Source of the DNA: a bacterium
GTDB lineage: Bacteria > SZUA-182 > SZUA-191 > JAJRXT01
Direction of reading: 5' to 3'
Assembly: GCA_024277605.1 (NCBI GenBank)
Contig: JAJRUU010000063.1
Coordinates: forward strand, 1 to 36,718
DNA length: 36,718 nucleotides
The notes under the pieces were generated by a model. That model saw nothing but the letters and a program-made list of their open reading frames with translations. It was not told the DNA's origin and made no database searches. Numbering within the stretch: the stretch's first letter is position 1; each line of letters begins with the position of its first letter. Shown piece by piece: positions 1-9,294 of this stretch. The position numbers and the translations under genes were made by a program.

Positions 1-60
1 GAAGTGACGGCGGTAACAAATAAGGCGTCTCCCGGTCGGTCAGTATAAATTTAACACTCA
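1..60 (-). CDS. 5' end of a transposase gene running off the left edge (DUF772 / IS5-IS1182-like N-terminus)
   Basis: The reverse complement of 1-60 reads ATG AGT GTT AAA... = MSVKFILTDRETPYLLPPSL. A GAAGGGG Shine-Dalgarno-like run lies about 8 nt upstream on the minus strand. I associate the 'DR....LLPPSL' start with that transposase family from memory. Only 20 codons are visible. Confidence 0.4.
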
Positions 61-264
61 TCTTTTGGCCCCTTCATGGCAAAGATTTATTTCCGACCAT
101 TATACCATATTCTGCTGCTAAAGTCCGACAGACTCCTAGAGCTTGGCGAACTTTTTCTTCAAAATATCTGCCTTTTTTATGATTTTCGCTATTTGGTAAT
201 GGCATATTAATAAGATATGACTATAATCACATAAGAGGGTAAGGTTTTAACGGGGATGTTTTGA

Positions 265-720
265 TTACCCATCGTTGCGATTCCAGTCATAGGGGATGTC
301 ATTATCATGCGGGTGGATGCGGTATTCATCCGGGTTATCGTAATTATACTTTTCTGTAGGAACGTTTATGGCCAGCGCCTCGCTGTGGCTGATGCATTTA
401 AAACCGTGGAATACCAGTTTGGGCACTTGAATCAGTAGAGGGTTGTGTTCGCCGATAAAAAATTCATTGATTTCTCCATGGGTGGGAGATCCCTCCCGTC
501 CGTCATAGAGTACCAACTTCATCATCCCCTTTACTACGGTAATCTTATCGGTTTGCAGTTTATGATAATGCCAGCCCTTGACCACTCCCGGATATGCGGC
601 GGTCATATATACCTGTCCGAACCGGCTGAACAGCTCATCGTCAGCGCGCAGAATTTCCATTAAGCGGCCCCGCTCATCCGGGATTACCCGCAGTTTTTTA
701 GTTTTTACACCCTGTATCAT
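265..720 (-). CDS. RmlC-like cupin (dTDP-4-dehydrorhamnose 3,5-epimerase family, short form)
   Basis: 151-aa ORF. The stretch 'IPDERGRLMEILR...FGQVYMTAAYPGVVKGWHYHKLQTDKITVVKGMMKLVLYD' matches the RmlC/cupin sugar-nucleotide epimerase pattern. It is the last gene of a minus-strand operon with an RmlA-like gene. Confidence 0.75.
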   Translation of the reverse strand: MIQGVKTKKLRVIPDERGRLMEILRADDELFSRFGQVYMTAAYPGVVKGWHYHKLQTDKITVVKGMMKLVLYDGREGSPTHGEINEFFIGEHNPLLIQVPKLVFHGFKCISHSEALAINVPTEKYNYDNPDEYRIHPHDNDIPYDWNRNDG

Positions 721-886
721 ATTTTTACTTTCTCCTGATTTTACCCAATCTATTCATAAAGGATTAAACCCTTGAGGAAACCTTTTTGGCAGGCATGGCC
801 TGCTTTGATCAAAGGGGACTTCGTCCCCCTCAGAAGGGTGTCTCCCAAGGTTTTGATCTTTTATGAACAGTCCGGATGACATTAGT

Positions 887-2917
887 TTACTTGGCGCAGC
901 GGAAGCCGACATTATAGGCTGTATTGTTTGGTCTGGCAGCATGCCGGTTAGTAGTACGTAAATTATCAGGAGCATCTTCCCATGAACCACCCCGAATAAC
1001 CCGTAACTCCCCATTGCGCTGGCCTGTAGGGGATTTGGATGGGGAGTTGGCATAATAATCTTCAGCATACCAATCGGCGCACCATTCCCACACATTACCG
1101 GCCATGTTTATAGCCCCGAACGGGCTGGCGCCGGAAGCAAAGCTATTTACCGGTGCGGTAAACTGAAAACCGTCCTTTTTCCCAGCAGCATTAGTCCGTG
1201 TGCTGTCATTAGTATTACCCCAGGGATACTTTCTGCCGTCGGTTCCACGAGCGGCTTTCTCCCATTCAGCTTCGCTAGGCAGGCGTTTAGCGTCCCACTT
1301 ACAATAGGCTTTGGCATCCTCCCAGCTTACCCCTACTACCGGCAGATTGGGTTTGTTCAGGTCGTTATCGTTCCAGAAATCTGGTTGGCGCCGACCTGTG
1401 GCAGTTAAGAATTTCTGGTATTTTTGATAGCTCACTTCATATCTGTCAATATAAAAATTGGCTACATAGACTTTATGGCTGGGGCCTTCATCCGCTTCTC
1501 TTTTTCCCGCCCCCATGGTAAAATTTCCTTCAGGGATATATGCCATATCAGGAATTTTAGAAACATTATTTTGGGTAAGCGTTAGCCTTAAGTTAGTGGT
1601 TTCTCCATCTTTAACCTCTACCCGTTGAGATTTAGCCAGATAGCCTTTTTGGGTTAATTTAACCAGATAGCTCCCGGGTGGGAATCTTAAGGTTTTATTA
1701 GTTTTGCCCCAACTGCGCTTTCCTATTGTAATGGTTGCTCCAGCAGGGATTGAACTTAGGTTAAGTTTACCGCCATAGGCCGCCAAATCTACCTTAACCG
1801 AATTTTCCCGGTCGGGATTTACGGTTACCTTACCTGCCCAGTTGCGATAGGCGCGCTTGCTTAGCTTTATCTCATGCACACCGACCTTCAGATTTGGAAT
1901 GGTTTTGCGGGTACGACTGATAGATTCACCATCTAAAGTGATTTCAGCTCCGCTTGGATTAGAGATTATAGTTAAAGTCCCTATGCTTATATCAGGAACT
2001 GGTTCCTGAATTTCTTCCTGAACTGCTTCCTGAACTGGTTCAGGTTCTGATATGGGGGCAGGTTCAGCCTGCTGTTCAAGCGGAGGGGCTGTTGTCTGAG
2101 GGCTGGCGGCAACCACCGGCGTCTCTTTTGGTTTCAGCTTTGAAAAAAGGAGATAATCTTTTATATCCACCAAATCTCCTTGTCTAACGGTTACGTATGA
2201 CCTCTCTATGGTTGCTTCTGAGGTTTCTTCATCCACCCAGACAAGCTTAATGTCTCCTACAAGTTTTTCTCCCATATAAAGTAGCCGATTTCCAGCCCAT
2301 ACTTCTTTTAGCCGAAACAGCCGCAATCTTTTGTCTTTTTTTAAGCCGACATTGCTGCCGACATCCAGCGTCACCCGGTGGTCTGATACTGCGACAACCT
2401 TCCCCCGAAGCGGCACTTTCTTTAGTAGCTTACGGGCCAGATCTTCCACGTTATCCTTAAACTGCTCAGAGGGATAGGTAAAATTATTTTCTGCACTGGC
2501 GATTATTTCCTTACGTGCTGCATCAAAAATTCTAAATGCTATTTTATATTCTTCACCTTCTTTGTTTACTTCCCCCAGAAGCACCTTATCGACCATAAGC
2601 GCTTGACCTAATTGATTCAGGCATTTTAATCCATCGCAGTCCGCCAGCTCAGGCCCAGCCTTTTTACTTAAAAGCGCTTCTGCTTGTTCTGGCTTCAGCA
2701 CCGTATACCTGCCGGAAGTTTGCAGGTTTAAATAGACTATTTCTTTCAATTGGGTGTCGATTTCCTGGTTTATTCCGTTTCCTTGCCAATTCATTACCGC
2801 TATGGAATCCAAACCCCTGCCATGGCAACTCACCGGCTGCCAACCGCTCGAGGCTACCAATACCCGAAGGCAAAGCGCCCAAAATACATTGGGCGGTAAT
2901 CTTCTAAAAAATTTCAT
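887..2917 (-). CDS. Secreted multidomain protein: signal peptide, PEGA-type repeats, C-terminal formylglycine-generating-enzyme (FGE/SUMF1-sulfatase) domain
   Basis: 676-aa ORF with a hydrophobic N-terminus (FWALCLRVLVASSG). The middle has a Pro/Glu-rich linker and PEGA-like beta repeats (e.g. 'SNPSGAEITLDG', 'SIPAGATITIG'). The C-terminus 'MAYIPEGNFTMG...YEVSYQKYQKF...PVVGVSWEDAKAYCKW...RLPSEAEWEKAARG...NVWEWCADWY...RVIRGGSW...NVGFRCAK' is a typical FGE-sulfatase domain. Confidence 0.8.
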   Translation of the reverse strand: MKFFRRLPPNVFWALCLRVLVASSGWQPVSCHGRGLDSIAVMNWQGNGINQEIDTQLKEIVYLNLQTSGRYTVLKPEQAEALLSKKAGPELADCDGLKCLNQLGQALMVDKVLLGEVNKEGEEYKIAFRIFDAARKEIIASAENNFTYPSEQFKDNVEDLARKLLKKVPLRGKVVAVSDHRVTLDVGSNVGLKKDKRLRLFRLKEVWAGNRLLYMGEKLVGDIKLVWVDEETSEATIERSYVTVRQGDLVDIKDYLLFSKLKPKETPVVAASPQTTAPPLEQQAEPAPISEPEPVQEAVQEEIQEPVPDISIGTLTIISNPSGAEITLDGESISRTRKTIPNLKVGVHEIKLSKRAYRNWAGKVTVNPDRENSVKVDLAAYGGKLNLSSIPAGATITIGKRSWGKTNKTLRFPPGSYLVKLTQKGYLAKSQRVEVKDGETTNLRLTLTQNNVSKIPDMAYIPEGNFTMGAGKREADEGPSHKVYVANFYIDRYEVSYQKYQKFLTATGRRQPDFWNDNDLNKPNLPVVGVSWEDAKAYCKWDAKRLPSEAEWEKAARGTDGRKYPWGNTNDSTRTNAAGKKDGFQFTAPVNSFASGASPFGAINMAGNVWEWCADWYAEDYYANSPSKSPTGQRNGELRVIRGGSWEDAPDNLRTTNRHAARPNNTAYNVGFRCAK

Positions 2918-2938
2918 ACACCTTCCTCCCCTAGCAGC

Positions 2939-4003
2939 TTATAGAATTCCTACCTGGCTGTTATCGCCGACCATAAAGCGGTAGGCACAGGGTCGCAAGA
3001 CAGAACGGGCAATTTGCACGTTCTTGCCTACCAGGCTATCGACAATTTTACCGCCGATATCGATAATTGAACTATTTTCTAAAATTATGCTATGCTCCAA
3101 TTCACTCCCCTGAACCAGCACTTCATAGTTAATCGAAGTAAAGGGGCCGATAAAGGAGTTTATGATTTTAGCCTTGGGGCCAATTATAGCCGGGCCACGA
3201 ATTAAGGAGTTTATGATTTCAGCCTCCGGATCGATCATCACCCGGCCTTCAATCCGGGAATCGCTATCCACAAAGCCCTCTATCCGGCGCTCTATGGTAT
3301 CTAAAATAATGCGGTTGGCTTCCAGCATATCTTCAAGCTTTCCGGTATCCTTCCACCAGCCATCGATGATATGCGAACGCACATCATAGCCCTTATCGAT
3401 CAAATATTGAATCGCATCCGTAATTTCCAGCTCGTTGCGCCAGGAGGGCGAGATCGCCCGGGCGGCTTCAAAGATATGCCGATCGAACATATACACACCC
3501 ACCAAGGCAAAGTCGCTGATATGGGTTTTGGGCTTTTCCACCAGTTTTACTACCTTGCCGCCTTTTAGCTGTGCCACCCCGAACTGTTCCGGTTCGGGAA
3601 CCTTGGCCAGCAGTATCTGCGAATTGGATTCGTTCTGCTTGAATTCGGCTACAAACTCAGTAACTCCGTTTATTATAAGGTTATCCCCCAGGTACATCAC
3701 AAAGTTGTCTTGGCCTATAAACGCCTCAGCGGTCAATACCGCATGCGCTAAACCTAAGGGAGCCTCCTGCTCGATGTATGTTATCGTCACTCCCCACTGA
3801 GACCCGTCGCCGACCGCCTCCATAATTTCCTTTTTAGTCTCACCCACGATAATGCCGATATTCTTAATTCCCGCCTGTGCCAGGGCTTCAATGCCGTAAA
3901 ACAAAATGGGCTTGTTTGCGATTGGCACCAGCTGCTTGGCGCTGGTATGGGTCAGCGGCCGCAACCGAGTCCCCCGCCCGCCGCTTAAGATAAGTCCCTT
4001 CAT
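2939..4003 (-). CDS. rmlA: Glucose-1-phosphate thymidylyltransferase, long form (nucleotidyltransferase plus left-handed beta-helix C-terminus)
   Basis: 354-aa ORF. The N-terminus 'MKGLILSGGRGTRLRPLTHTSAKQLVPIANKPILFYGIEAL' carries the G-x-G-T-R-L nucleotidyltransferase signature. The length and hexapeptide-like C-terminus fit the long RmlA form. Confidence 0.85.
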   Translation of the reverse strand: MKGLILSGGRGTRLRPLTHTSAKQLVPIANKPILFYGIEALAQAGIKNIGIIVGETKKEIMEAVGDGSQWGVTITYIEQEAPLGLAHAVLTAEAFIGQDNFVMYLGDNLIINGVTEFVAEFKQNESNSQILLAKVPEPEQFGVAQLKGGKVVKLVEKPKTHISDFALVGVYMFDRHIFEAARAISPSWRNELEITDAIQYLIDKGYDVRSHIIDGWWKDTGKLEDMLEANRIILDTIERRIEGFVDSDSRIEGRVMIDPEAEIINSLIRGPAIIGPKAKIINSFIGPFTSINYEVLVQGSELEHSIILENSSIIDIGGKIVDSLVGKNVQIARSVLRPCAYRFMVGDNSQVGIL

Positions 4004-4033
4004 AGGTTGCTCCTATTATATTATCGATGGAGT

Positions 4034-4173
4034 CGTAAAAAGTCTGAAAACCGTCATTTTGTCATTCTGAGCCCTTCGCTATGCTCAAGGATAAACTCCG
4101 CGAAGAATCTATTTTTTCAATATAATACGAGACACTTCACTTCGTTCAGGGTGACATGTGGGGACTTTTTACG
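4034..4173. repeat. About 140-bp compound palindromic intergenic element (GTCATTCTGAGC...GAAGAATC core family)
   Basis: The outer inverted repeat is CGTAAAAAGTC (4034-4044) / GACTTTTTACG (4163-4173). The inner arms are GTCATTCTGAGC...GCGAAGAATCT (4061-4110) and GACACTTCACTTCGTTCAGGGTGAC (4131-4155). The reverse complement of the second arm resembles the arm at 8824-8849. The track ORF 4007-4189 is just a translation of this repeat. Confidence 0.6.
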
Positions 4174-4211
4174 AAACCATCATTGTTGAGCTAAATTTTT
4201 TATGACTCAAT

Positions 4212-4457
4212 CTATTTGTATTCATAAACAAAATCTATTTCCGCAACCTGCCCCTCGCTGGCGGTATAATCTACGGCGGCTTGAATATCTTTCTTGGTCA
4301 ACTCAGGATATTCTCTACATATACGCGCAAAATCATAACCACTTGCCAATAATTGCAGGATGCTGGTTACCATTATGCGCGTGTTCCGAATACACGGCTT
4401 ACCATGACAAACCGCTTGATCTATGGTAATGCGATCATGCATAATTATATACCTCAT
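4212..4457 (-). CDS. DUF433 domain protein (antitoxin-like, orphan)
   Basis: 81-aa ORF. 'ITIDQAVCHGKPCIRNTRIMVTSILQLLASGYDFARICREYPELTKKDIQAAVDY' matches the DUF433 pattern (GKP.I.GTRI.V..il..l..G.s...i...yp.Lt..di.aAl.Y). Confidence 0.75.
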   Translation of the reverse strand: MRYIIMHDRITIDQAVCHGKPCIRNTRIMVTSILQLLASGYDFARICREYPELTKKDIQAAVDYTASEGQVAEIDFVYEYK

Positions 4458-4495
4458 ATATAATCAGCCCAATAAGACATTACAAAAGCCGATAG

Positions 4496-5815
4496 CTAGT
4501 CCTCTTTTAATCTTACTCTAACTGCGGCTGCATGGGCAGACAATCCCTCCATGCGGGCCAGCTCCACCGCCAGTTTTCCATGCTGCATAAGCGCCTGCCG
4601 ACTGTAGTGTATCACAGAAGAGCGTTTTATGAAATCATATACCCCTAAAGGCGAGCTGAAGCGGGCGCAGCCACTGGTCGGCAGCACATGATTAGGCCCG
4701 GCGATATAGTCTCCCAGGGCGGTGGGGCTGTAATGGCCCAGAAAAATCGCTCCGGCATGGTTTATACCGTCCAGCCAGGCATCGGGCTCATCTACCATGA
4801 GTTGTAGATGCTCGGGGGCAACCTGATTGGCTAATTCTATAGCCTGCTCAGTATCAGGCACGATGATTATGGCGCCATTCTTTTCCAAAGACTGTTTAGC
4901 TTGAATGCGAGCCGGATGGCCTTCATTCCACAGTGTATCACACTGCCGGTCAAGCTTCAGGATAACCCCTTCGGCCAATTTCCTGGAAGTGGTTACCAGG
5001 ATTGGTTGCGCTTGTGCATCGTGCTCAGCCTGGGCCAGAATATCCGCCGCCACCCATACAGGATTTGCGCTCTCATCGGCAATAATCAGCACCTCGCTGG
5101 GTCCGGCAAACATGTCGATTCCTACAGAATCAGAAACCAGACGCTTAGCGGTAGCTACATATATATTGCCCGGCCCCACAATTTTATCCACCCTGGGGAT
5201 GCTTTTTGTACCATAGGCCATAGCTGCTATGGCCTGAGCCCCGCCCAGTTTGTAAACTCGAGTTACTCCGGCAATCCGGGCTGCGGCCAGCACATAAGGA
5301 TTTATAGTTCCGGATCTATCGGGAGGTGAGCAAATCGCTATATTTTTCACTTTGGCTATCAGCGCCGGAATAGCGTTCATCAGCACTGATGAAGGGTATA
5401 CCGCCTTGCCTCCGGGAACATACAAGCCCACACTTTCCAGGGGACGCACCAGCTGTCCTAAGCGTATCCCCGGTTCATCCTCTTTGTACCAGGTTTTCTC
5501 AAGCTGCGCTTTTTGCTCCTCATGAAAAGCTCGTATACGGCGGGCAGCCTGCTGCAAGGCCTCTTTGCCTGAGGCTGAAACTCCGGCAATGGCTTCATCC
5601 ATCTCGGCTTGACTTACCAGCAGCTCTTCAGGGGTAAGCGTAGCCCCGTCAAACTTATGCTCATACTCTATAAGCGCCGTATCACCAGCTGACTTTACCC
5701 GGTTTATTATGTCGATAACCGTATTCTCTATAGTGCCTGTAGCCTGGGTGCGTTCCTGCCGCAAGCTGGCAAAATCAGCAGCAAAATCAGCCGCCGCATA
5801 ATCCAATAACCTCAT
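4496..5815 (-). CDS. hisD: Histidinol dehydrogenase
   Basis: 439-aa ORF that is HisD-like over its full length ('YEHKFDG', '[22 protein letters not shown]', 'AQAEHD', 'APEHLQL'). Its ATG overlaps the murA stop codon (ATGA). Confidence 0.95.
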   Translation of the reverse strand: MRLLDYAAADFAADFASLRQERTQATGTIENTVIDIINRVKSAGDTALIEYEHKFDGATLTPEELLVSQAEMDEAIAGVSASGKEALQQAARRIRAFHEEQKAQLEKTWYKEDEPGIRLGQLVRPLESVGLYVPGGKAVYPSSVLMNAIPALIAKVKNIAICSPPDRSGTINPYVLAAARIAGVTRVYKLGGAQAIAAMAYGTKSIPRVDKIVGPGNIYVATAKRLVSDSVGIDMFAGPSEVLIIADESANPVWVAADILAQAEHDAQAQPILVTTSRKLAEGVILKLDRQCDTLWNEGHPARIQAKQSLEKNGAIIIVPDTEQAIELANQVAPEHLQLMVDEPDAWLDGINHAGAIFLGHYSPTALGDYIAGPNHVLPTSGCARFSSPLGVYDFIKRSSVIHYSRQALMQHGKLAVELARMEGLSAHAAAVRVRLKED

Positions 5816-7065
5816 GCTAACCTTTCTATATCAGCCCCCAGGGCGGCCAGTTTTTGCTCGATTTGTTCATACCCCCGGTCTAAGTGATAGATGCGGGAAA
5901 TCAACGTCTCTCCGTGAGCCGCTAATCCAGCCAGTACCAGTGAAGCGCTGGCCCTGAGATCGGTGGCCATTACCGGCGCCCCCTTCAACACCGGTACTCC
6001 GGTAACCAGGGCGGTATGCCCCTCTATCTTGATATTTGCCCCCAGCCGTATCAACTCTGACACATGCATAAAACGGTTTTCAAATATGGTTTCGCTTATC
6101 ATGCAGCTGCCCCGGGCCAGGGTCATCAGCGCCATAAACTGCGCCTGCATATCGGTCGGGAAACCGGGGTAGGTGGCGGTCTTTATATCCACCGCCTGCA
6201 ACGTCCCATGCGCATGGACCTTCAGCGAATCAGCTTTTTCCTCTACTTCTATGCCGGCTTCAATTAATTTGGCGGTTACCGTACTTAGATGCTCGGGGTG
6301 GCAATTGTCAATCTCAACCTCTCCGCCGGTGATGGCTGCGGCAATCATAAATGTGCCGGTTTCTACCCGGTCCGGGATAATTCGATGGGTAAAGCCTGAA
6401 AGGCTGGATACGCCCTGTATGTGGATACAATCCGTACCAGCGCCAGCTATCTTTGCCCCCATTTTGGTAAGCGCCGCGGCTAAATCAACTATTTCAGGCT
6501 CACAGGCCGCATTTTCAATTATGCTTTCACCTTGGGCCAAACAGGCGGCCATCATCAGATTTTCAGTGCCGGTTACCGTGGAAATATCAAGCCATATATG
6601 AGCGCCCTTAAGCCGTGATGCCCGGGCATTAATATATCCCTGGTCTAAATCGATGTGAGCGCCTAATTGTTGCAAGCCCTTGAGATGCAGATTCAGCGGC
6701 CTGGCCCCAATAGCACAGCCGCCGGGCAGCGACACCCTTGCCCTTCCCCGGCGGGCCAGAAGCGGCCCCAGTACCAGACAGGAAGCCCGCATGGTGCGTA
6801 CCAGTTCATAAGGGGCCTCATGCCCTGTGGCCTGAGTGTTATCCACGCTGACCTGGTGTGGGTCGATCTCGCTGGTTTTGCCGCCCAGATCTGAAATCAG
6901 GCGCAGGATGGTGGATACGTCACGCAACTGGGGAACATTCTGGATCCGGCATTCGCCTTCGGCTAGTAATGTAGCTGCCAGGATGGGGAGGGCGGCGTTT
7001 TTTGCTCCGCTAATGCTTACTTTGCCCTTAAGCCTTTTGCCGCCGCGGATTAAGATTTCATCCAA
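5812..7065 (-). CDS. murA: UDP-N-acetylglucosamine 1-carboxyvinyltransferase
   Basis: 417-aa ORF. '[45 protein letters not shown]' and '[19 protein letters not shown]' are classic MurA motifs, including the active-site Cys. Confidence 0.95.
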   Translation of the reverse strand: MDEILIRGGKRLKGKVSISGAKNAALPILAATLLAEGECRIQNVPQLRDVSTILRLISDLGGKTSEIDPHQVSVDNTQATGHEAPYELVRTMRASCLVLGPLLARRGRARVSLPGGCAIGARPLNLHLKGLQQLGAHIDLDQGYINARASRLKGAHIWLDISTVTGTENLMMAACLAQGESIIENAACEPEIVDLAAALTKMGAKIAGAGTDCIHIQGVSSLSGFTHRIIPDRVETGTFMIAAAITGGEVEIDNCHPEHLSTVTAKLIEAGIEVEEKADSLKVHAHGTLQAVDIKTATYPGFPTDMQAQFMALMTLARGSCMISETIFENRFMHVSELIRLGANIKIEGHTALVTGVPVLKGAPVMATDLRASASLVLAGLAAHGETLISRIYHLDRGYEQIEQKLAALGADIERLA

Positions 7066-7092
7066 CTGGTCTCCTTAAATCCAGGGTATAAA

Positions 7093-7115
7093 CCCTCTCC
7101 CCACTGGGGAGAGGG
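7093..7115 (-). terminator. Hairpin downstream of comM (possible weak intrinsic terminator or REP-like hairpin)
   Basis: CCCTCTCCCC-ACT-GGGGAGAGGG forms a perfect 10-bp stem 43 nt past the comM stop. On the minus strand it is followed by TTTATA, which is a poor U-tract. Confidence 0.35.
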
Positions 7116-7157
7116 CAGTCCGCACCGTTTAGATGCGCTAAAGTTCAGTTGTTTGGG

Positions 7158-8684
7158 TCACAATAATGGCCTATCGATGGTTCGATATTGTATCGCTTCT
7201 GATATATGATGTGTTTGTAAGCGCTCTACACCTTCTAAGTCGGCTATGGTTCTGGCTACTTTGAGTATTCTGGTATATGCCCGGGCTGAGAGTCCCAGCT
7301 TGTCAATAGCCATTTCCAGTAAGTCTTTGCTATCTTGGTCTATCTCGCAATATTTCTTTATTTGCCGGGAAGTCATGCGGCTGTTACTAAAAATGTGCTT
7401 GCCCCGAAAGCGTTCATCCTGAGTTTTTCTGGCTTTGTTTACCCGCTGTTTTATCTCAGCGGATGTCTCACCATGTCGATCCCCTGATAACTCCTGAAAC
7501 TTAACCGCCGGTACCTCACAATGTATATCTATCCGATCGAGCAATGGGCCGGAAATTTTATTGCGGTAGCGTTGAATTTGCAGGATGGAACAGCCGCAAT
7601 CCTTAAAAGGCACCCCCAGGAATCCACACGGACAAGCGTTCATAGCGCCGACCAACATAAATGTCGAGGGGTAGGTCAGTGATATCGAAGCCCTGGAGAT
7701 TGTCACCTTGCCGTCTTCCAGCGGCTGCCGTAAGACCTCCAGCACATTCTTGCGAAACTCCGGCATCTCATCCAAAAACAATATACCGTTATGTGATAAG
7801 CTCACCTCACCGGGTCTGGGTATCTGCCCGCCGCCGATAAGCCCGGCATCCGATATAGTATGATGCGGCGCTCTAAAGGGCCGCTCCGCCACCAAAACCG
7901 CACTACTTTCCAGTGTACCGGCTACGCTATGTACCTTAGTGGCTTCAATAGCCTCCTCCAGTGTCATATCCGGCAATATTGAGGCCAGCCGCCTGGCCAA
8001 CATGGTTTTACCCGAACCCGGCGGCCCGATCATAAGCACGTTATGCCCCCCGGCGGCAGCCACCTCCAGGGCGCGCTTTACCTGCTCCTGCCCCTTGACC
8101 TCGCTTAGATCGTTCTGAGCAGAATCAGCCCGGTTAAAAAAAGCGGCTGTTTCTACATGGCAAGGCTCAATCTCAAGCTCACCGCTCAAGAATTCAACCA
8201 ACTCAGCCAGGCTCTTTATGCCGAACACATCAATGTTGTTCACCAACGCCGCCTCTTCCTGGTTCACAGCCGGCAGGATCAGCCCTTTGCCGAGCTTTTT
8301 GGCGCACACGGATATAGACAGCGCACCGCGTATGGATTTGACACTGCCGTCAAGCGAGAGTTCACCTAAGATGAGGTAATCGGATAATGAGTCATTACTT
8401 ATAATACCCTCGGCCTTGAGTATGCCTAAGGCCATCGGCAGATCGAAGATGGTGCCCTCTTTTTTTATGTCCGCCGGGGCAAGATTTACGGTTATTCTTT
8501 TGGTGGGGAAGCTATAGCCGGAATTCTTAATCGCCGCCTTCACCCGCTCCTTGCTCTCCTTCACCGCATTATCAGGCAGCCCCACAATAGAGAAAGCGGG
8601 CAGACCGCTGACGATATCGACCTCGACATCAACCAGATAGGCATCTATTCCAATAAGAGTGCTACTTAAGACCTTAGCCAGCAT
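7158..8684 (-). CDS. comM: YifB/ComM family Mg-chelatase-like AAA+ ATPase
   Basis: 508-aa ORF with an N-terminal Lon-protease-like domain. It has a Walker A 'GPPGSGKTMLARRL', 'ILFLDEMPEF', 'RPLEDGKVTISRA', and the C-terminus 'SARAYTRILKVARTIADLEG' typical of the family. Confidence 0.9.
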   Translation of the reverse strand: MLAKVLSSTLIGIDAYLVDVEVDIVSGLPAFSIVGLPDNAVKESKERVKAAIKNSGYSFPTKRITVNLAPADIKKEGTIFDLPMALGILKAEGIISNDSLSDYLILGELSLDGSVKSIRGALSISVCAKKLGKGLILPAVNQEEAALVNNIDVFGIKSLAELVEFLSGELEIEPCHVETAAFFNRADSAQNDLSEVKGQEQVKRALEVAAAGGHNVLMIGPPGSGKTMLARRLASILPDMTLEEAIEATKVHSVAGTLESSAVLVAERPFRAPHHTISDAGLIGGGQIPRPGEVSLSHNGILFLDEMPEFRKNVLEVLRQPLEDGKVTISRASISLTYPSTFMLVGAMNACPCGFLGVPFKDCGCSILQIQRYRNKISGPLLDRIDIHCEVPAVKFQELSGDRHGETSAEIKQRVNKARKTQDERFRGKHIFSNSRMTSRQIKKYCEIDQDSKDLLEMAIDKLGLSARAYTRILKVARTIADLEGVERLQTHHISEAIQYRTIDRPLL

Positions 8685-8803
8685 AGTTTTAATATAATTG
8701 GTTATCGAGAAATTTCGAGTATTATGTGAGGTTAATGTATCCTAAAACAGTCGCTTATGTCAACCGAAAAGCTGGAAATATACTGATTCTGTTATGTGCC
8801 CAA

Positions 8804-8941
8804 GGCTGTTCACTTTTATAGTTGTCATTCTGAACGGAGTGAAGAATCTGGTGGGAAAAACACTGTTTTTGTTGCCAATGAGATTCTTCGCTTCGCTCAG
8901 AATGACAAAAGATAAACATTTTTCAGTAGAAATGAACAGCC
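8804..8941. repeat. About 138-bp compound palindromic intergenic element, same core family as 4034-4173
   Basis: The outer inverted repeat is GGCTGTTCA (8804-8812) / TGAACAGCC (8933-8941). The inner arms are GTCATTCTGAACGGAGTGAAGAATCT (8824-8849) and AGATTCTTCGCTTCGCTCAGAATGAC (8881-8906). The track ORF 8794-8985 is a translation artefact of it. Confidence 0.65.
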
Positions 8942-9265
8942 CTGGCTATGGGCTGCGCTGTTTTGACATAATGTGCCAGATATGATAGTGTGGTCTGGCC
9001 TGTGGGAGAGAATAAACTGGCGCGGGTTAAAGGGGGATTGGAAGGTGGAAGTGTTGGATGCGCAAGGGAAGATCGGTGAAAGAGGCTAGTTTTAGCGTAA
9101 GGTGATTGTTATACATTGCCAAACCACCTGCGGTGGGACAATTAAGTATGGTGTTCCAGGAATTCTTGGAATTTGTCTCAGAAAAGATAAGGCTTAGTAA
9201 GAGCCCAAGAGTTAACAAAGTATATATCTGGAGGTTGTTTGGGTTTATACCACAACAAATAGCGC

Positions 9266-9293
9266 TTGACAAATATTAACATTATGTTAAACT
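9266..9293 (+). promoter_or_regulatory. Candidate sigma-70 promoter with embedded palindromic operator upstream of the TAC operon
   Basis: TTGACA (9266-9271), a 16-nt spacer, then TAAACT (9288-9293). A palindrome TTAACAT-T-ATGTTAA (9276-9290) lies between the hexamers. The ATG at 9295 follows immediately, so either the mRNA is leaderless or the -10 assignment is wrong. Confidence 0.35.
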
Positions 9294-9294
9294 T

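Noticed and set aside
74-205. 43-aa minus-strand ORF (MPLPNSENHKKGRYFEEKVRQALGV…) just upstream of the partial transposase
   Set aside because: It is too short and has no recognisable motif or clear SD. It may be real, for example an IS-associated small ORF, but the sequence alone does not support it.
754-1095. Track ORFs embedded in or overlapping well-supported genes, on the opposite strand or in another frame (examples: 754-1095, 4901-5329, 6173-6601, 11498-11830, 12247-12447, 21103-21486, 25909-26370, 29651-29977, 31171-31482)
   Set aside because: Each lies inside or overlapping a CDS with strong family-level similarity, lacks its own motifs, and has a skewed low-complexity composition typical of shadow ORFs.
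4007-4189. 60-aa plus-strand ORF (…VILSPSLCSRINSAKNL…), and likewise the 63-aa ORF at 8794-8985
   Set aside because: Both are read-through translations of the palindromic repeat arms. They have no SD and no coding-like composition.
9027-9272. 81-aa minus-strand ORF in the comM-TAC intergenic gap
   Set aside because: It has no SD and a hydrophobic low-complexity sequence with no family resemblance, and it overlaps the candidate TAC promoter. It is probably non-coding.
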